Shown piece after piece: positions 10,986-23,050 of a stretch of 58,906 nucleotides of DNA (position 1 is the first letter of the stretch; every line of letters starts with the position of its first letter). A program made the position numbers and the translations under genes. The DNA comes from Octopus bimaculoides (lineage: Eukaryota): NCBI RefSeq assembly GCF_001194135.2, contig NC_068987.1:16353787-16412692 (forward strand). Direction: 5' to 3'. The notes under the pieces were generated by a model that worked only from the letters and a program-made list of their open reading frames with translations, did no database searches and was not told the DNA's origin.

Positions 10986-13900
10986 ATACTTTATCGATCG
11001 AGGTGATCATAAAGCTTCGGCTGCTTGTGTTGATATGTGATCATGGCAGTATATTCTTAGATGAAAGTGAGTTCAAAAGATATTTTCCAAGAAGATTCTT
11101 TGTCACAATTTCTGTTTCTTATTGGTATGATTTTGCCTGTCATATTGATCCTTAACATAAATCATTAAGCTTTAGATTTGAAAGTATGAGCATAAGAGCT
11201 GATTGGATCGTCGTCCAAAGTACGTAATTGGTTCGTATTTTATCAATCCACGAAAGATGAAAGATAAATCAACCACAGCGAGATTTGAAATCAGAATGCA
11301 AAGAAACACAAGTACCGCATTTTGCCAATCCATCAATCGATTCTGTCAAACTCATTTATTACAAAGCAAAAGCGCTAATTTCTTTGATACTGCTTGACAA
11401 AATATTCAGTATAGATGTTGAAATGAAGTTCACTAATGACAGAACCCTCTCTGTAAGACAAAGTCTATCGAGGACTAGATAATCTAATGTTTCTTCCCCT
11501 TTCTTATGATGGAAAAATACGATTTGAGGAATATTTGGCTGTTGTTTCTGGTTAACATGAGAAGCATCCTCATTGGTTATAATCAGCATTGCTATGGCTA
11601 TACTTGGGAACCCAAATGTTGCCTTTAAAGAATCCCAGAACACTGAAAACTTTTGAACAACACGAGATATGAGAACAAATGTGTTACCAGGAAGAGATGT
11701 TGCACTAGGCTTAACTGTTACAAATTTTCCAATTCTAGCCTCAATAAGTGGCCCCCTTTCACCAAAATAACCGCAAGTATCAGCACAATACTTGCATTAT
11801 TTGGAACAGCCAAAATATTATCGATCGCATATAGTATGCAAATATTTAGAATGGATAGAAAATACAATTTATTTTTACTTTCCTGTTGTGTAACTTTGCA
11901 CTGTAGTATAGAGGTTTTTACAAAAATCAACAACCTGTAACAGCTGATTGTCAACAAATTTTAACGCCCCGCCCCGTGCAAATAGCAACAGAAATTCTCT
12001 TAAATGCGATGATATAAGTAACATCTAGAAAAAAAAAAGAACTTCAAAGAAGTTTAATGTAAATAATATAACTAGTCGTTTTAAGACTCTATTAAACTTT
12101 AGTCAATATAAATATTTCTTTATCATAGAAATGACTGCGGCAATGGCTTGCCAAAACATGTAAGCAAGTCAGTAAATATATATATATATACTGTAAAACT
12201 ATCGAATAGAATACAGCATAGCCTCTACACACATAAATAACAAACACAAATTCAAAGAAAATTTCTCTTTAACATTAAGTTAATAAAGAGAATTAATATT
12301 GTAAATAAATGTTTAACAAATACAAAATGGCATCAAAATTGATGTAGGTGCTAAAAAACATGGCCTCCTCAAAACAGACATTTAGCTATCAATATTTCGA
12401 TTCCCAAGTCAAACCGAATCAAAAAAATGTTAATAAACAAAAGAATAATCGATCTTCTATGATATACTTTGACAAAACGGCATTATTATATAACATGATT
12501 TACTAAAAGATATTTCAAATTTTGAACAAGAAGAGGCACGCTGTGCTGCCTTGGTTTTTGTCTCAAAGCAAAACCATAAAATAATCTGCTGATTTCGATA
12601 CACACTACAAGCTAATTGACCAATGAAATAGGATCTCCGTTATTTTGACTAAAGTAGAAATTATATGTCCAAAGTTTTCAAAAGAGTGTTAGTGATGTAG
12701 TGTCTTGAAAACAAAAATCCACAAAAAAAAAAAAAAAAAAAAAAAATAAATAAAAGACAAAAACTCAATGAAACGTGATGTACAGAAGTACAGCAATTAA
12801 TTGTTCGATTTCCGAACCAAACCACATATATATGTTGAAGAACAAAGAAGAGCATGTCTAAGATGTATTTCGACAACAGAGCGTTGTTATTTAGCATATT
12901 CAGAAAATATATAATGGTGTCGTTAGTGCAGGGTCTAAAAAAGCATGGCTTCCTTTAACTAGAAGCTCCGTAATCAATAATTCGATTTCCAAACTAAATC
13001 AAACCAGACCAAGCCAGAAATATGTCAATGAATTAAAGAACACATTAAGACATTGCTCCTCAAACCCTATTAACCACGGCTCCTTTTCGTTTGCTAATAC
13101 CTTTTCAATGACATCTAACTACGATTTAGTAATATTAAATACATCATATTTACATATGCATATATATGTATACACAAGCCAGGACATTACCTAAAGCTAC
13201 AGGTGCAGTGATCGTCTTTATTGCATGTATGGAAATACAAATTTCGACAATGTCTTAAATTATAGTGTTTTTTGCATAAAATTATGAGGGACAATTTAAA
13301 CTGTGTGATTTTGTTTGATAGACCGGAGACGGTCTCAGGTCGATTGGTACCAAAAGGACTAAGGCACGTGCTACAGAAGAGATAAACATAGATTAAATCA
13401 GCTGAATCCGGTTTCTTACGTAACTGTTACACCTATCTTCAGAGAAACTGTGTATTTATTTTTAAAACACACACAAAACGAAACTTCGTACATTTTTAGA
13501 AACAGCAAGCAAAACGAAATTCGATGATACTAAACGTCAACTAGGTAAAACTAAAAGAAAAAAAGACACTCATTAATCTAAGAAGAAAGCAAATAGTGTA
13601 AGGAAAATAACAAGCAGAAAAAATAAAGCAAACTAAACGGCACATTTAAGGAATATAAAATAATATGTGAAGACATTCTAGAGTCAGTAGGAAGCTTTAA
13701 AGGAAAGATTCAGGTTAAGACCAACAGAATTAAGAGCTGTAATAAAAGACATCACTAAAGGAAAACAGCAATCATTTTTTGCTTTTTAAAGAAAAAGTCA
13801 AGTATTATTCTTCCAACCAAAAATAGTTCTGGTTATGGAAAAAAGAAATGGAGATATGAATTCTGTCTAAAAGAACAGATAGCTACGACAACCAAAGAAT

Positions 13901-15481
13901 ACATTAAACAAGTATTAATAAACAATATCATAACTGGTAATAACAGAAACAGACCCCCCCCCCAAAAAAAAACTTAATGCTCAGAAAAAGAAGTTAAGCT
14001 TGGACAACGGAAACTATTTTGGATACAGGATTATATTGCATGATTATGATAGCAGTGACCATACGTAACACGGAGAGATTGAGAACAACTAAGTATCTGT
14101 ACAAAACAAAAGGATTAGTAAAATATAACCAATCTACACCAAGAGAGGATTTTTTCAAAGAATGTTTTTCTGAATAGCATTGATTCCCTTGACTATCAAT
14201 GTTGAACCTCACAAACTGTGGAATTATCTGATATGCAGAGAGCGTGAACTATTAATTATAAATGGATCATTGAAAGTGAAAAATGGAGATCAATGATCAC
14301 GTTTTTTTGAAAACGGCTCAGTGTTTGGCATAGATATGAATATTAAACTTAGGGAGATGAAAACGACGGTAAAAACAAAACAAAAAGCAAAAATGCAAGA
14401 ATCATATTAACTACAAAAGCGTATAAAGACATGATATATGGCTAAATTAATACACTAGAACAAGGATTTCTAGTAATGTTAGCCGACAGATATTAAAGAT
14501 TAAAAGAACTACATAGATTAAAGCAATTGCATATGTAATAAAAAGTAAAAACAGTATAGTAAAGTGGTGGACTTTATCGGTTAAGTTTGACCTTTAATAA
14601 CTTGTATATCTATGTGCAGACCTGGTAAAGGTTTTTATTTTTTGAAGAAGAAGACTGGTATTTGCTCATGTGCGCAGTTTTTTACTCTGTCGACGCTGCT
14701 GATATTATGTTAGCCAAAGGAAACGGCGTCGACTTAGGTCGATGTTCCTTGGCACTAACATTGACGTAGTCATTACTGCCGGAAACGAAAAGATCCCGAA
14801 CAAATACAACCAGGTGTCTTGCCTCAGACTCTCACAGTTCCGTTAGTCCATCACCCTGAAATGGCACTTGTTTTATCGACCTCGAAAAGATGAAAAAGGC
14901 AAAGTTGACGCTGATAGGATTTGAGCTCAGGGCGTAGAGAGACGAGTCATTCATTTCTAGCCAAACCTTTAACGACTCCGCCAGTTCGCCACCGTAAAAT
15001 AGCACATCTACAGACTTAAATAATATTTTCTTCTATAGGTACAAGGCTTGATATTTTGGGAGAAGGGGCTAGTCGATTACATCGACTCCAGTACACAACT
15101 GGTATTTATTTCATTAACCCTGTAAGCATGAAAAGAAAAGTCAACATCGGCGGAATTTGAACTCAGAACATATAGACGGACGAAATACCGTTAAATAGAC
15201 TAAAATGATACGAACAAAATTACACACATTGAAGCATTAATGTATTATGATAATAAATATAAGTTATAATTTCAGGTGGAACTTTGGTGTGTTTGAAATT
15301 AAACAAAATTGCACAGCAATTTATAAGGATATTAGGAATACATCATCCTACATTATACTATTGTTACACATAACTTGTGTTTGACACAATTAGAATCCAA
15401 AAGCAACTTTCACACTTGCTATAGATTCGCTTCTGTTGACTGACAAAAATGAATATGTCAATATCAAAATCGATATATATT

Positions 15482-15608
15482 CAGGGTGTCCACAAAGTCT
15501 GGCTACATGGAGTAAATAAAATCAAAACATAAACAATTAAATATAAGAAATAATAATTTCTTAAAGTATGTGTTAATCCCCATGTACCCAGACTTTGTGG
15601 ACAACCTG
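15482..15608. mobile_element. 127-bp Tc1/mariner-type MITE
   Basis: 29-bp TIRs (CAGGGTGTCCACAAAGTCTGGCTACATGG and the reverse complement of CCATGTACCCAGACTTTGTGGACAACCTG), 27/29 identical. TA follows the right end. Confidence 0.85.
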
Positions 15609-17324
15609 TATATCTTCTATGTTCTACATTTTACCTGTTTTAGTCATCACACTGCGGCCATGCTGGGACACTGCCTTGAATTTTTAGTCGAATGAATCGA
15701 CCCCCAGTACTTATTTTTTAAGCCTGGTACTTATTCTGTCGGTCTCTCACGCCGAACCGAAAAGTTACGGGGACGCAAACACACCAACACCGGTTGTTAA
15801 GTGGTGAAGAGGGAGACAAACACACACACACATATATATATACGACGGGCTTCTTTCAGTTTTTGAGGAGGGAGGTTTTGAGATGTGCTAGAAACAACAG
15901 TCAGATCTCCCTTAAATTATACGTTTTCCTCTGAAATTATTAACTATCTTTTTAAAACCGAAAATGTTTATCCCACGGGTTTTAAGTGCGTAGTGAAAAA
16001 AAAAAACGGCCAAAGTCGTTTCGGACAGGGGTGGTGAAGGGGTGGCAAGAGTAAAAAAAAAAAATTTCAAAATACCTCCCACCATTCTGAAGACTTTGGT
16101 GAGAAACATTGGAAAAATCCCCGTCAAATGGGAGAAATTCCAATTTATGTGGGCCGTTTCATCTGAACCTCTGTATTCCAGAAATTCCTCGTCCCCACTT
16201 CCGTCCAAAAATTTTGCCTACAAATTTCTTTGTAATNNNNNNNNNNNNNNNNNNNNNNNNNNNNNNNNNNNNNNNNNNNNNNNNNNNNNNNNNNNNNNNN
16301 NNNNNNNNNNNNNNNNNNNNNNNNNNNNNNNNNNNNNNNNNNNNNNNNNNNNNNNNNNNNNNNNNNNNNNNNNNNNNNNNNNNNNNNNNNNNNNNNNNNN
16401 NNNNNNNNNNNNNNNNNNNNNNNNNNNNNNNNNNNNNNNNNNNNNNNNNNNNNNNNNNNNNNNNNNNNNNNNNNNNNNNNNNNNNNNNNNNNNNNNNNNN
16501 NNNNNNNNNNNNNNNNNNNNNNNNNNNNNNNNNNNNNNNNNNNNNNNNNNNNNNNNNNNNNNNNNNNNNNNNNNNNNNNNNNNNNNNNNNNNNNNNNNNN
16601 NNNNNNNNNNNNNNNNNNNNNNNNNNNNNNNNNNNNNNNNNNNNNNNNNNNNNNNNNNNNNNNNNNNNNNNNNNNNNNNNNNNNNNNNNNNNNNNNNNNN
16701 NNNNNNNNNNNNNNNNNNNNNNNNNNNNNNNNNNNNNNNNNNNNNNNNNNNNNNNNNNNNNNNNNNNNNNNNNNNNNNNNNNNNNNNNNNNNNNNNNNNN
16801 NNNNNNNNNNNNNNNNNNNNNNNNNNNNNNNNNNNNNNNNNNNNNNNNNNNNNNNNNNNNNNNNNNNNNNNNNNNNNNNNNNNNNNNNNNNNNNNNNNNN
16901 NNNNNNNNNNNNNNNNNNNNNNNNNNNNNNNNNNNNNNNNNNNNNNNNNNNNNNNNNNNNNNNNNNNNNNNNNNNNNNNNNNNNNNNNNNNNNNNNNNNN
17001 NNNNNNNNNTATATATATATATATATATCTATAATATAAATTGGACATGGGCGATCGTTGTAGTTTTTCTTGTCCTGAGGTTCACAGCCAAACGGCAAAA
17101 AAAAACCTCTGATCTCCAAGAAGAATCAAAGAGCCTGTCTTCATTTCGGCCAAAATTTCAAACCGTTATTTTAGAAAGATAAAAAGTAAAGTAACATTCG
17201 ACAGGGTTTGAACTTAAAATGTGACCCAATATCGAAAGATAATTTATCCAGCGACATTTGTATTCTGCCATCCACCGTATCTATGTTGCTTTCCGCACTG
17301 ATATAAAACAAAACTATATGTTAC

Positions 17325-17437
17325 CTCGCGCTTCAGTTGTTCCTCCAGTTTCTGGTATCCACCTGACAACTCGTTTAGCTCGACATTTAAGAGAGGCTGC
17401 CTTTTGATATAGATGTTTGCCCAGAAATACTGGACAG
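17325..17437 (-). CDS. Exon B: N-terminal part of SEA domain (phase 1 to 0)
   Basis: Acceptor ttcttcttcttcacag, donor gtaaca, 113 nt. Encodes (A)VQYFWANIYIKRQPLLNVELNELSGGYQKLEEQLKRE, resembling SEA F..I.I...EL...S..Y..LE..L. In frame with exons A and C. Confidence 0.88.
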
Positions 17438-19060
17438 CTGTGAAGAAGAAGAATAACAGAAGTAAAAAACAAATTAACAAAAATTCTCTTAGAAATTAAT
17501 TTTAAAAAAAGCGAACAAAACAACTTGAACATATAAAAATGAATAAAGTAAATAATTCACAAAGTAAATAGCTGGTCTCGTATCTGCTCCATTTTCCCAC
17601 CTTCGACATACTCGTCTCTCTACCCATCATTACTTTTGTTGCATATAACCCAACCGACTTCTCATTAACCATTATTCCCAGTGCTTCCTCTCTTGAACAG
17701 TAGCCTTCTGGGATGTTCTCTTTGTGCTCATGTTTTTTTTTGTTTTTGACAACAAATTAACGTTAACGGCAAAGTTCATCAATGTTGGCCGTCATGGCCA
17801 TAGATCCTTCCTCCCGATTCGGCAAATGTAAAAGGAGTACAAAAAAGGTAAAAAAAAAAAAGTCCAAAACTACTGCTCTGAGAACTAGGGAAATGTGCGA
17901 TAAACTACGTAAAAGTCAGGCTGTAGCGGCCAGCTTCATTCTTCACGTTGGTTACGAGTTTAAATGTTATGGGAGCTGTCTTTTGATTTTACAAGTAAAA
18001 TGTAAAACACAGCTGAACACCAATACAAATAATGATTTCAGTAAAAGTCATTTATAATAGTGAAGTTGTCACCAACAGGTGCAAAGTAAATTTATTTACC
18101 GCTGATTTCTATATCTCGAATTTCGTGTACTTTTCTTTAAAGTAAGTTTTGCAGGTCATAATTATGCATTGGTACAAGTAATCTATTTTGATTATGTCCA
18201 GAAAGCTCAGTGTAATTTTATTTTTAAAAGTTCATAGTTCACCTTTGTTCTGAGTTTTATTATTTACTTTCGTTGTTTCATAAAGTTTTCTCAATACTTC
18301 TTTCGGAACACGCAAGTTATTCGAGAAGTTTTATGAGAAAACCATATTGAATAAACATTCTATGATATATGAACCGATAGAAAATTATACATATCACTTT
18401 TCTGTTTACATATTCAGCTGAAGTAAAACATCTATATTTTCTCCGTGTATTCCGTGATTAATTTTTCTCCCAAATTAATTTCATGAATAAATATAATTAT
18501 TGGAGAGGAAAATTTTGTCTTTCTTCGAAAATATTTTTCTATTTCCAAGGTTTTACAAAAATGAATAGAAGAAAGAAAAAGTGTTGTATAAAGATTTTGA
18601 TGGGGTAGAAGAAGTTAGAACATGATAAAGAGAATCGAAGAGGGAGAAGGGAGAGAAAATGAGAGTTTGGGAGAATAAAGAAAAAAATGAAAGGATTAGA
18701 GTGTATGTACAGTGTGAGACGGGATATACTGTAAGTTTACGTAACGTTTCTAAATTATGAATGTGTGTGTTCGTATATATGTATGTATGCGTACACACAT
18801 ACACATCCATACATGCATATATCCATATACTCACACGTATATAAATTTACATACATTAAACATTCGATTTGTACTTAAAGCAACTATTTCAGTTTACATT
18901 TAATTTTTCAGTCAGTATAACTGGTATTTATCAGTGAATAGAAAGAGGGAATGTGACGACATTTTGTCTGTCTATCTATCTATCTATCTATCTATCCGTC
19001 TATGTATGTATGTATCTATCTACTTATCTCTCTCCCTCTCTCTATCTCCCCCTCTCTCTC

Positions 19061-19100
<40 letters not shown>

Positions 19101-20379
19101 NNNNNNNNNNNNNNNNNNNNNNNNNNNNNNNNNNNNNNNNNNNNNNNNNNNNNNNNNNNNNNNNNNNNNNNNNNNNNNNNNNNNNNNNNNNNNNNNNNNN
19201 NNNNNNNNNNNNNNNNNNNNNNNNNNNNNNNNNNNNNNNNNNNNNNNNNNNNNNNNNNNNNNNNNNNNNNNNNNNNNNNNNNNNNNNNNNNNNNNNNNNN
19301 NNNNNNNNNNNNNNNNNNNNNNNNNNNNNNNNNNNNNNNNNNNNNNNNNNNNNNNNNNNNNNNNNNNNNNNNNNNNNNNNNNNNNNNNNNNNNNNNNNNN
19401 NNNNNNNNNNNNNNNNNNNNNNNNNNNNNNNNNNNNNNNNNNNNNNNNNNNNNNNNNNNNNNNNNNNNNNNNNNNNNNNNNNNNNNNNNNNNNNNNNNNN
19501 NNNNNNNNNNNNNNNNNNNNNNNNNNNNNNNNNNNNNNNNNNNNNNNNNNNNNNNNNNNNNNNNNNNNNNNNNNNNNNNNNNNNNNNNNNNNNNNNNNNN
19601 NNNNNNNNNNNNNNNNNNNNNNNNNNNNNNNNNNNNNNNNNNNNNNNNNNNNNNNNNNNNNNNNNNNNNNNNNNNNNNNNNNNNNNNNNNNNNNNNNNNN
19701 NNNNNNNNNNNNNNNNNNNNNNNNNNNNNNNNNNNNNNNNNNNNNNNNNNNNNNNNNNNNNNNNNNNNNNNNNNNNNNNNNNNNNNNNNNNNNNNNNNNN
19801 NNNNNNNNNNNNNNNNNNNNNNNNNNNNNNNNNNNNNNNNNNNNNNNNNNNNNNNNNNNNNNNNNNNNNNNNNNNNNNNNNNNNNNNNNNNNNNNNNNNN
19901 NNNNNNNACATATATATATATATATAGTAGTTGATTTCGATTAACATATCTCATTTGAGTTATATCCCTTGATGCTTGCAGATTTAAAAGAAAACAAAGA
20001 TTTTTGTCTCCAAATTGCTTATATAATCACAGGTAGTCGATGTTTTTCTACTCCCAATGCTAAACATGTGAGATTCTACCTTAGTTATATTTATCATACA
20101 GGTCGTTCAAATAACACCACCGCATCAACACAATGTATGTACGTACGGCAAAGTAAGAAGAAAGCGCCTGGTAAGACGTAAACAGCGCGGTTTCAATTCA
20201 TAGTTCAAGCTGGTTCATTCCGGTTTATTTCTTTTTTCCTTGTTAATGCTCTCTGTTGAAATTTGTTAATCCCCTCATCTACCTGTTTTACCTTCTCCTG
20301 AAATACAAGGGCTTTGTAACTCGTCCGCTGTGCAGGTTGTGGAGTGTGGGGGTGGATGTGCTGGTAGTGGTGGTGGCGG

Positions 20380-20990
20380 TTATGATGAAGTACTACCACC
20401 GCTGTTGCCATCACCATCATCGCCATAACCATCTCCACAACAACCCCTATTATGTTCTCTCAGACAAACACTATAACCACCACCGCCAACACAACCACCA
20501 CTACCACCACCATCCCCTACTGCCAACAATAGCACCATTACTACTACTACTACTACTACTACTACCTCTACAAGCACCACTTACACACCATCACCTTCAC
20601 ACTATTACCACCACCACAACTACTACCATCCCCATCAGCTTCACTATTACTACCACCACCACCACCAATTACACAATCACCGTCAATACTACTATTACTA
20701 CTATCTTCACCATCACCACCCTCACACCATTATCACCACCACAACCACCACCACCACCACCACAACCATCACAAACCATCACTACTACTACTACCATACC
20801 CATCGGCATCATCATTAACACTACCACCACCACCACAACCACTACAACCACCACCACCACCATCACCACTACTACTACCATATCCATCGGCATCACCACC
20901 ACCACCACCACCATTATTCCCCACATCGTCGCTACCACCATATCCAAATCCTCACTAACCGTCACTTCACAAACTACTGAAGTTTGAACA
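20380..20990. repeat. Cryptic (CAC/CTA)n low-complexity block
   Basis: Direct reading. Gives poly-T/H/P ORFs in several frames. Confidence 0.9.
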
Positions 20991-21259
20991 AACATTTCCC
21001 TTTTTTCACCAGTGTCGAAAAACGAAACAAAACAAAACACAAAACCCCTTATCCTACCCCCACATCGACACCACCCCCAATCCAGTTCACAAACAAGAAA
21101 ACACAGCGTTCAGCATTAGGATGAAAGTGGGACAGGATTGGTAGTAGAAATACGACTGACTCATAAGAGGAACCGAATTAGGAAGTCAGCGGCGGCTGGG
21201 ATAGTGACAGAAGTCTCTTAAGTAAATACACCATGTACACAGTAGAGGCCAGTGTATAG

Positions 21260-22290
21260 CTGTAGTGCTGGTTGTGGTGATGGTGGTGGTTGTGTTTGTA
21301 GTAGTTCTGTGATTGGGTTGGTGGTAGTAGCCGTGGTGGTGGTGTTTGTAGTGATATTAATTGTGTTGGTGGTTATTGTGGTGGTGGTAGTAGCAGCGGT
21401 GTTTGTTGTAGTGGTCGTAGTTGTAGTCGTAGTGGTAGTTGCTGTGGTGGTGGTGGTAGTTGTATTAGCAGTAGTAGTTGTGGTGATGGTGGTAGTTGTG
21501 TTGGTGGTGGTAGTAGTTGTGTTGGTGGTGGTAGTTGTGTGGGTGGTGGTAGTTGTGTTGGTGGTGGTAGTTGTGTTGGTAGTAGTTGTGACGGTGTTTA
21601 TTGTAGTGTTTCTATTGATGGTAGTTGTAGTGGTGGTGATGGTGATGGTGTTTGTGGTGGTGTTTGTGTGGTGGTGGTGGTGGTGATGGTGTTTGTGGTG
21701 GTGTTTGTGTGGTAGTGGTGATGGTGTTTGTGGTGGTGTTTGTGTNNNNNNNNNNTGATGGTGTTTGTGGTGGTGTTTGTGTGGTGGTGGTGATGGTGTT
21801 TGTGGTGGTGTTTGTGTGGTGGTGGTGATGGTGTTTGTGGTGGTGTTTGTGTGGTGGTGGTGTTGGCGGTGGTTTGTGGTGATGCTAAAAGTTGTTGTGG
21901 TGGTGGCAGTTGACGGTGCTTGTTGTAGTGTTTGTGTCGTTGATGGTGTTTGCGGTGGTGGTTGTTATGGCAACATCTGTTGTAACGGTCGTAGTCGTTG
22001 TTCTGGTTGTCATGGTGATGGTTGTAGCAATGCTTGTGGTGATGGTAGGGAGCCGTGGAGTTTGTTGTGCTTGTGGTAGTTTTGGTGGTGTTTGTGATAG
22101 TAGTAGAAACTGTGATGTATGTGGTGGTGGTGGTGGTGGTAGTAGCTGTAATGTTCGGAGTGATGATAGCTGTGGAGAATGTGTTGGAGATAGTTTGGTG
22201 GTGCTTGTAGTAGTAGTAGTAGTTGTTGTTGTTGTTGCAGTAGTAGTAGTAGTAGTTATAGTGTTTGTGGTGTTGGTAGTTGTAGTGATG
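21260..22290. repeat. Cryptic (GTG/GTA)n block with GATGGTGTTTGTGGTGGTGTTTGTGTGGTGGTGGT subrepeats
   Basis: Direct reading. Opposite polarity to the 20380-20990 block. Confidence 0.9.
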
Positions 22291-22429
22291 TGATGGAGAT
22301 AGGCAGCAATATCGGCATAAAAACATCTGTACTCATGCAAAATATGGCTGAAGAAAACACCATTTCATTTGTTTGTCTATTTATTTATTTATTTTAAATA
22401 ATCTTTATTGCTTTCGAAGCGAATACATG

Positions 22430-23050
22430 TTTACATCCATCGATTGATTCCTACATCTGCCACTCCCTCCATACACCCATGTACCCTTGAATTCATAAAA
22501 AAAATCCCCATCTATCCACCCATCGCCGATCTCATTCCGGCATCCAATCTATCCGTCCTTCAATCCATCCGTCCGTCTGTCCATCCATCCATCCATCCAT
22601 CCACCCATCCATTTATTCGCCAATCCACCAATCCACCAACCTGCCAATTCAGGAACTTATTCAGCCATGTTCTAACCCGAGCTCTCTACCAGTACCGCCC
22701 TCCCTCCCTCCATCCTCCCACACAACCATCCATCCACCAATGTAGCCATCAATCCAGCGATGTATCCATCCATTCATCCAACCATCTATCGATTAATCGA
22801 TCGGTCCATCCAACAGATCCATCCATACACCAATCTACTAACCCATGAATCCATCCATCCACCCATCGATCGATCGATCCATCCACCCATTCATCCCTGC
22901 CTCCCCATCCATTCCATACTCTCTCTCTCCCCTTTCCATACTCCCTCCCCCTCCCCTTCCTTCCTTCCTTCCATACTGCCTCTCTCCCTCCCCTTCCATA
23001 CTCCCCCTCCCTCCCCTCTCTCTCTCCTTCCTTCCTTCCTTCCTTCCACA
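22430..23050. repeat. Degenerate (CCAT)n tract merging into a pyrimidine-rich CCTT/CCTTCCATACT tract
   Basis: Direct reading. Confidence 0.85.

Noticed and set aside
11878-11937. Phase 0 acceptor giving VVDFCKNLYTTVQSYTTGK* as the continuation of exon B
   Set aside because: Stops after 19 codons; exon C fits the SEA pattern far better.
14673-14770. Minus-strand SNDYVNVSAKEHRPKSTPFPLANIISAASTE* as a cytoplasmic-tail exon
   Set aside because: Lies between the two halves of the SEA domain, needs a phase 2 acceptor and has no upstream TM exon; likely chance.
17025-17100. ATCTATAATATAAATT start as a Helitron 5' end
   Set aside because: Sits next to a gap and no 3' hairpin-CTAG partner was identified.
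21598-22340. Thr-rich minus-strand ORFs as a mucin PTS exon
   Set aside because: Open in several frames, no convincing splice sites, and exons A and B already join in phase with contiguous EGF-SEA domains.
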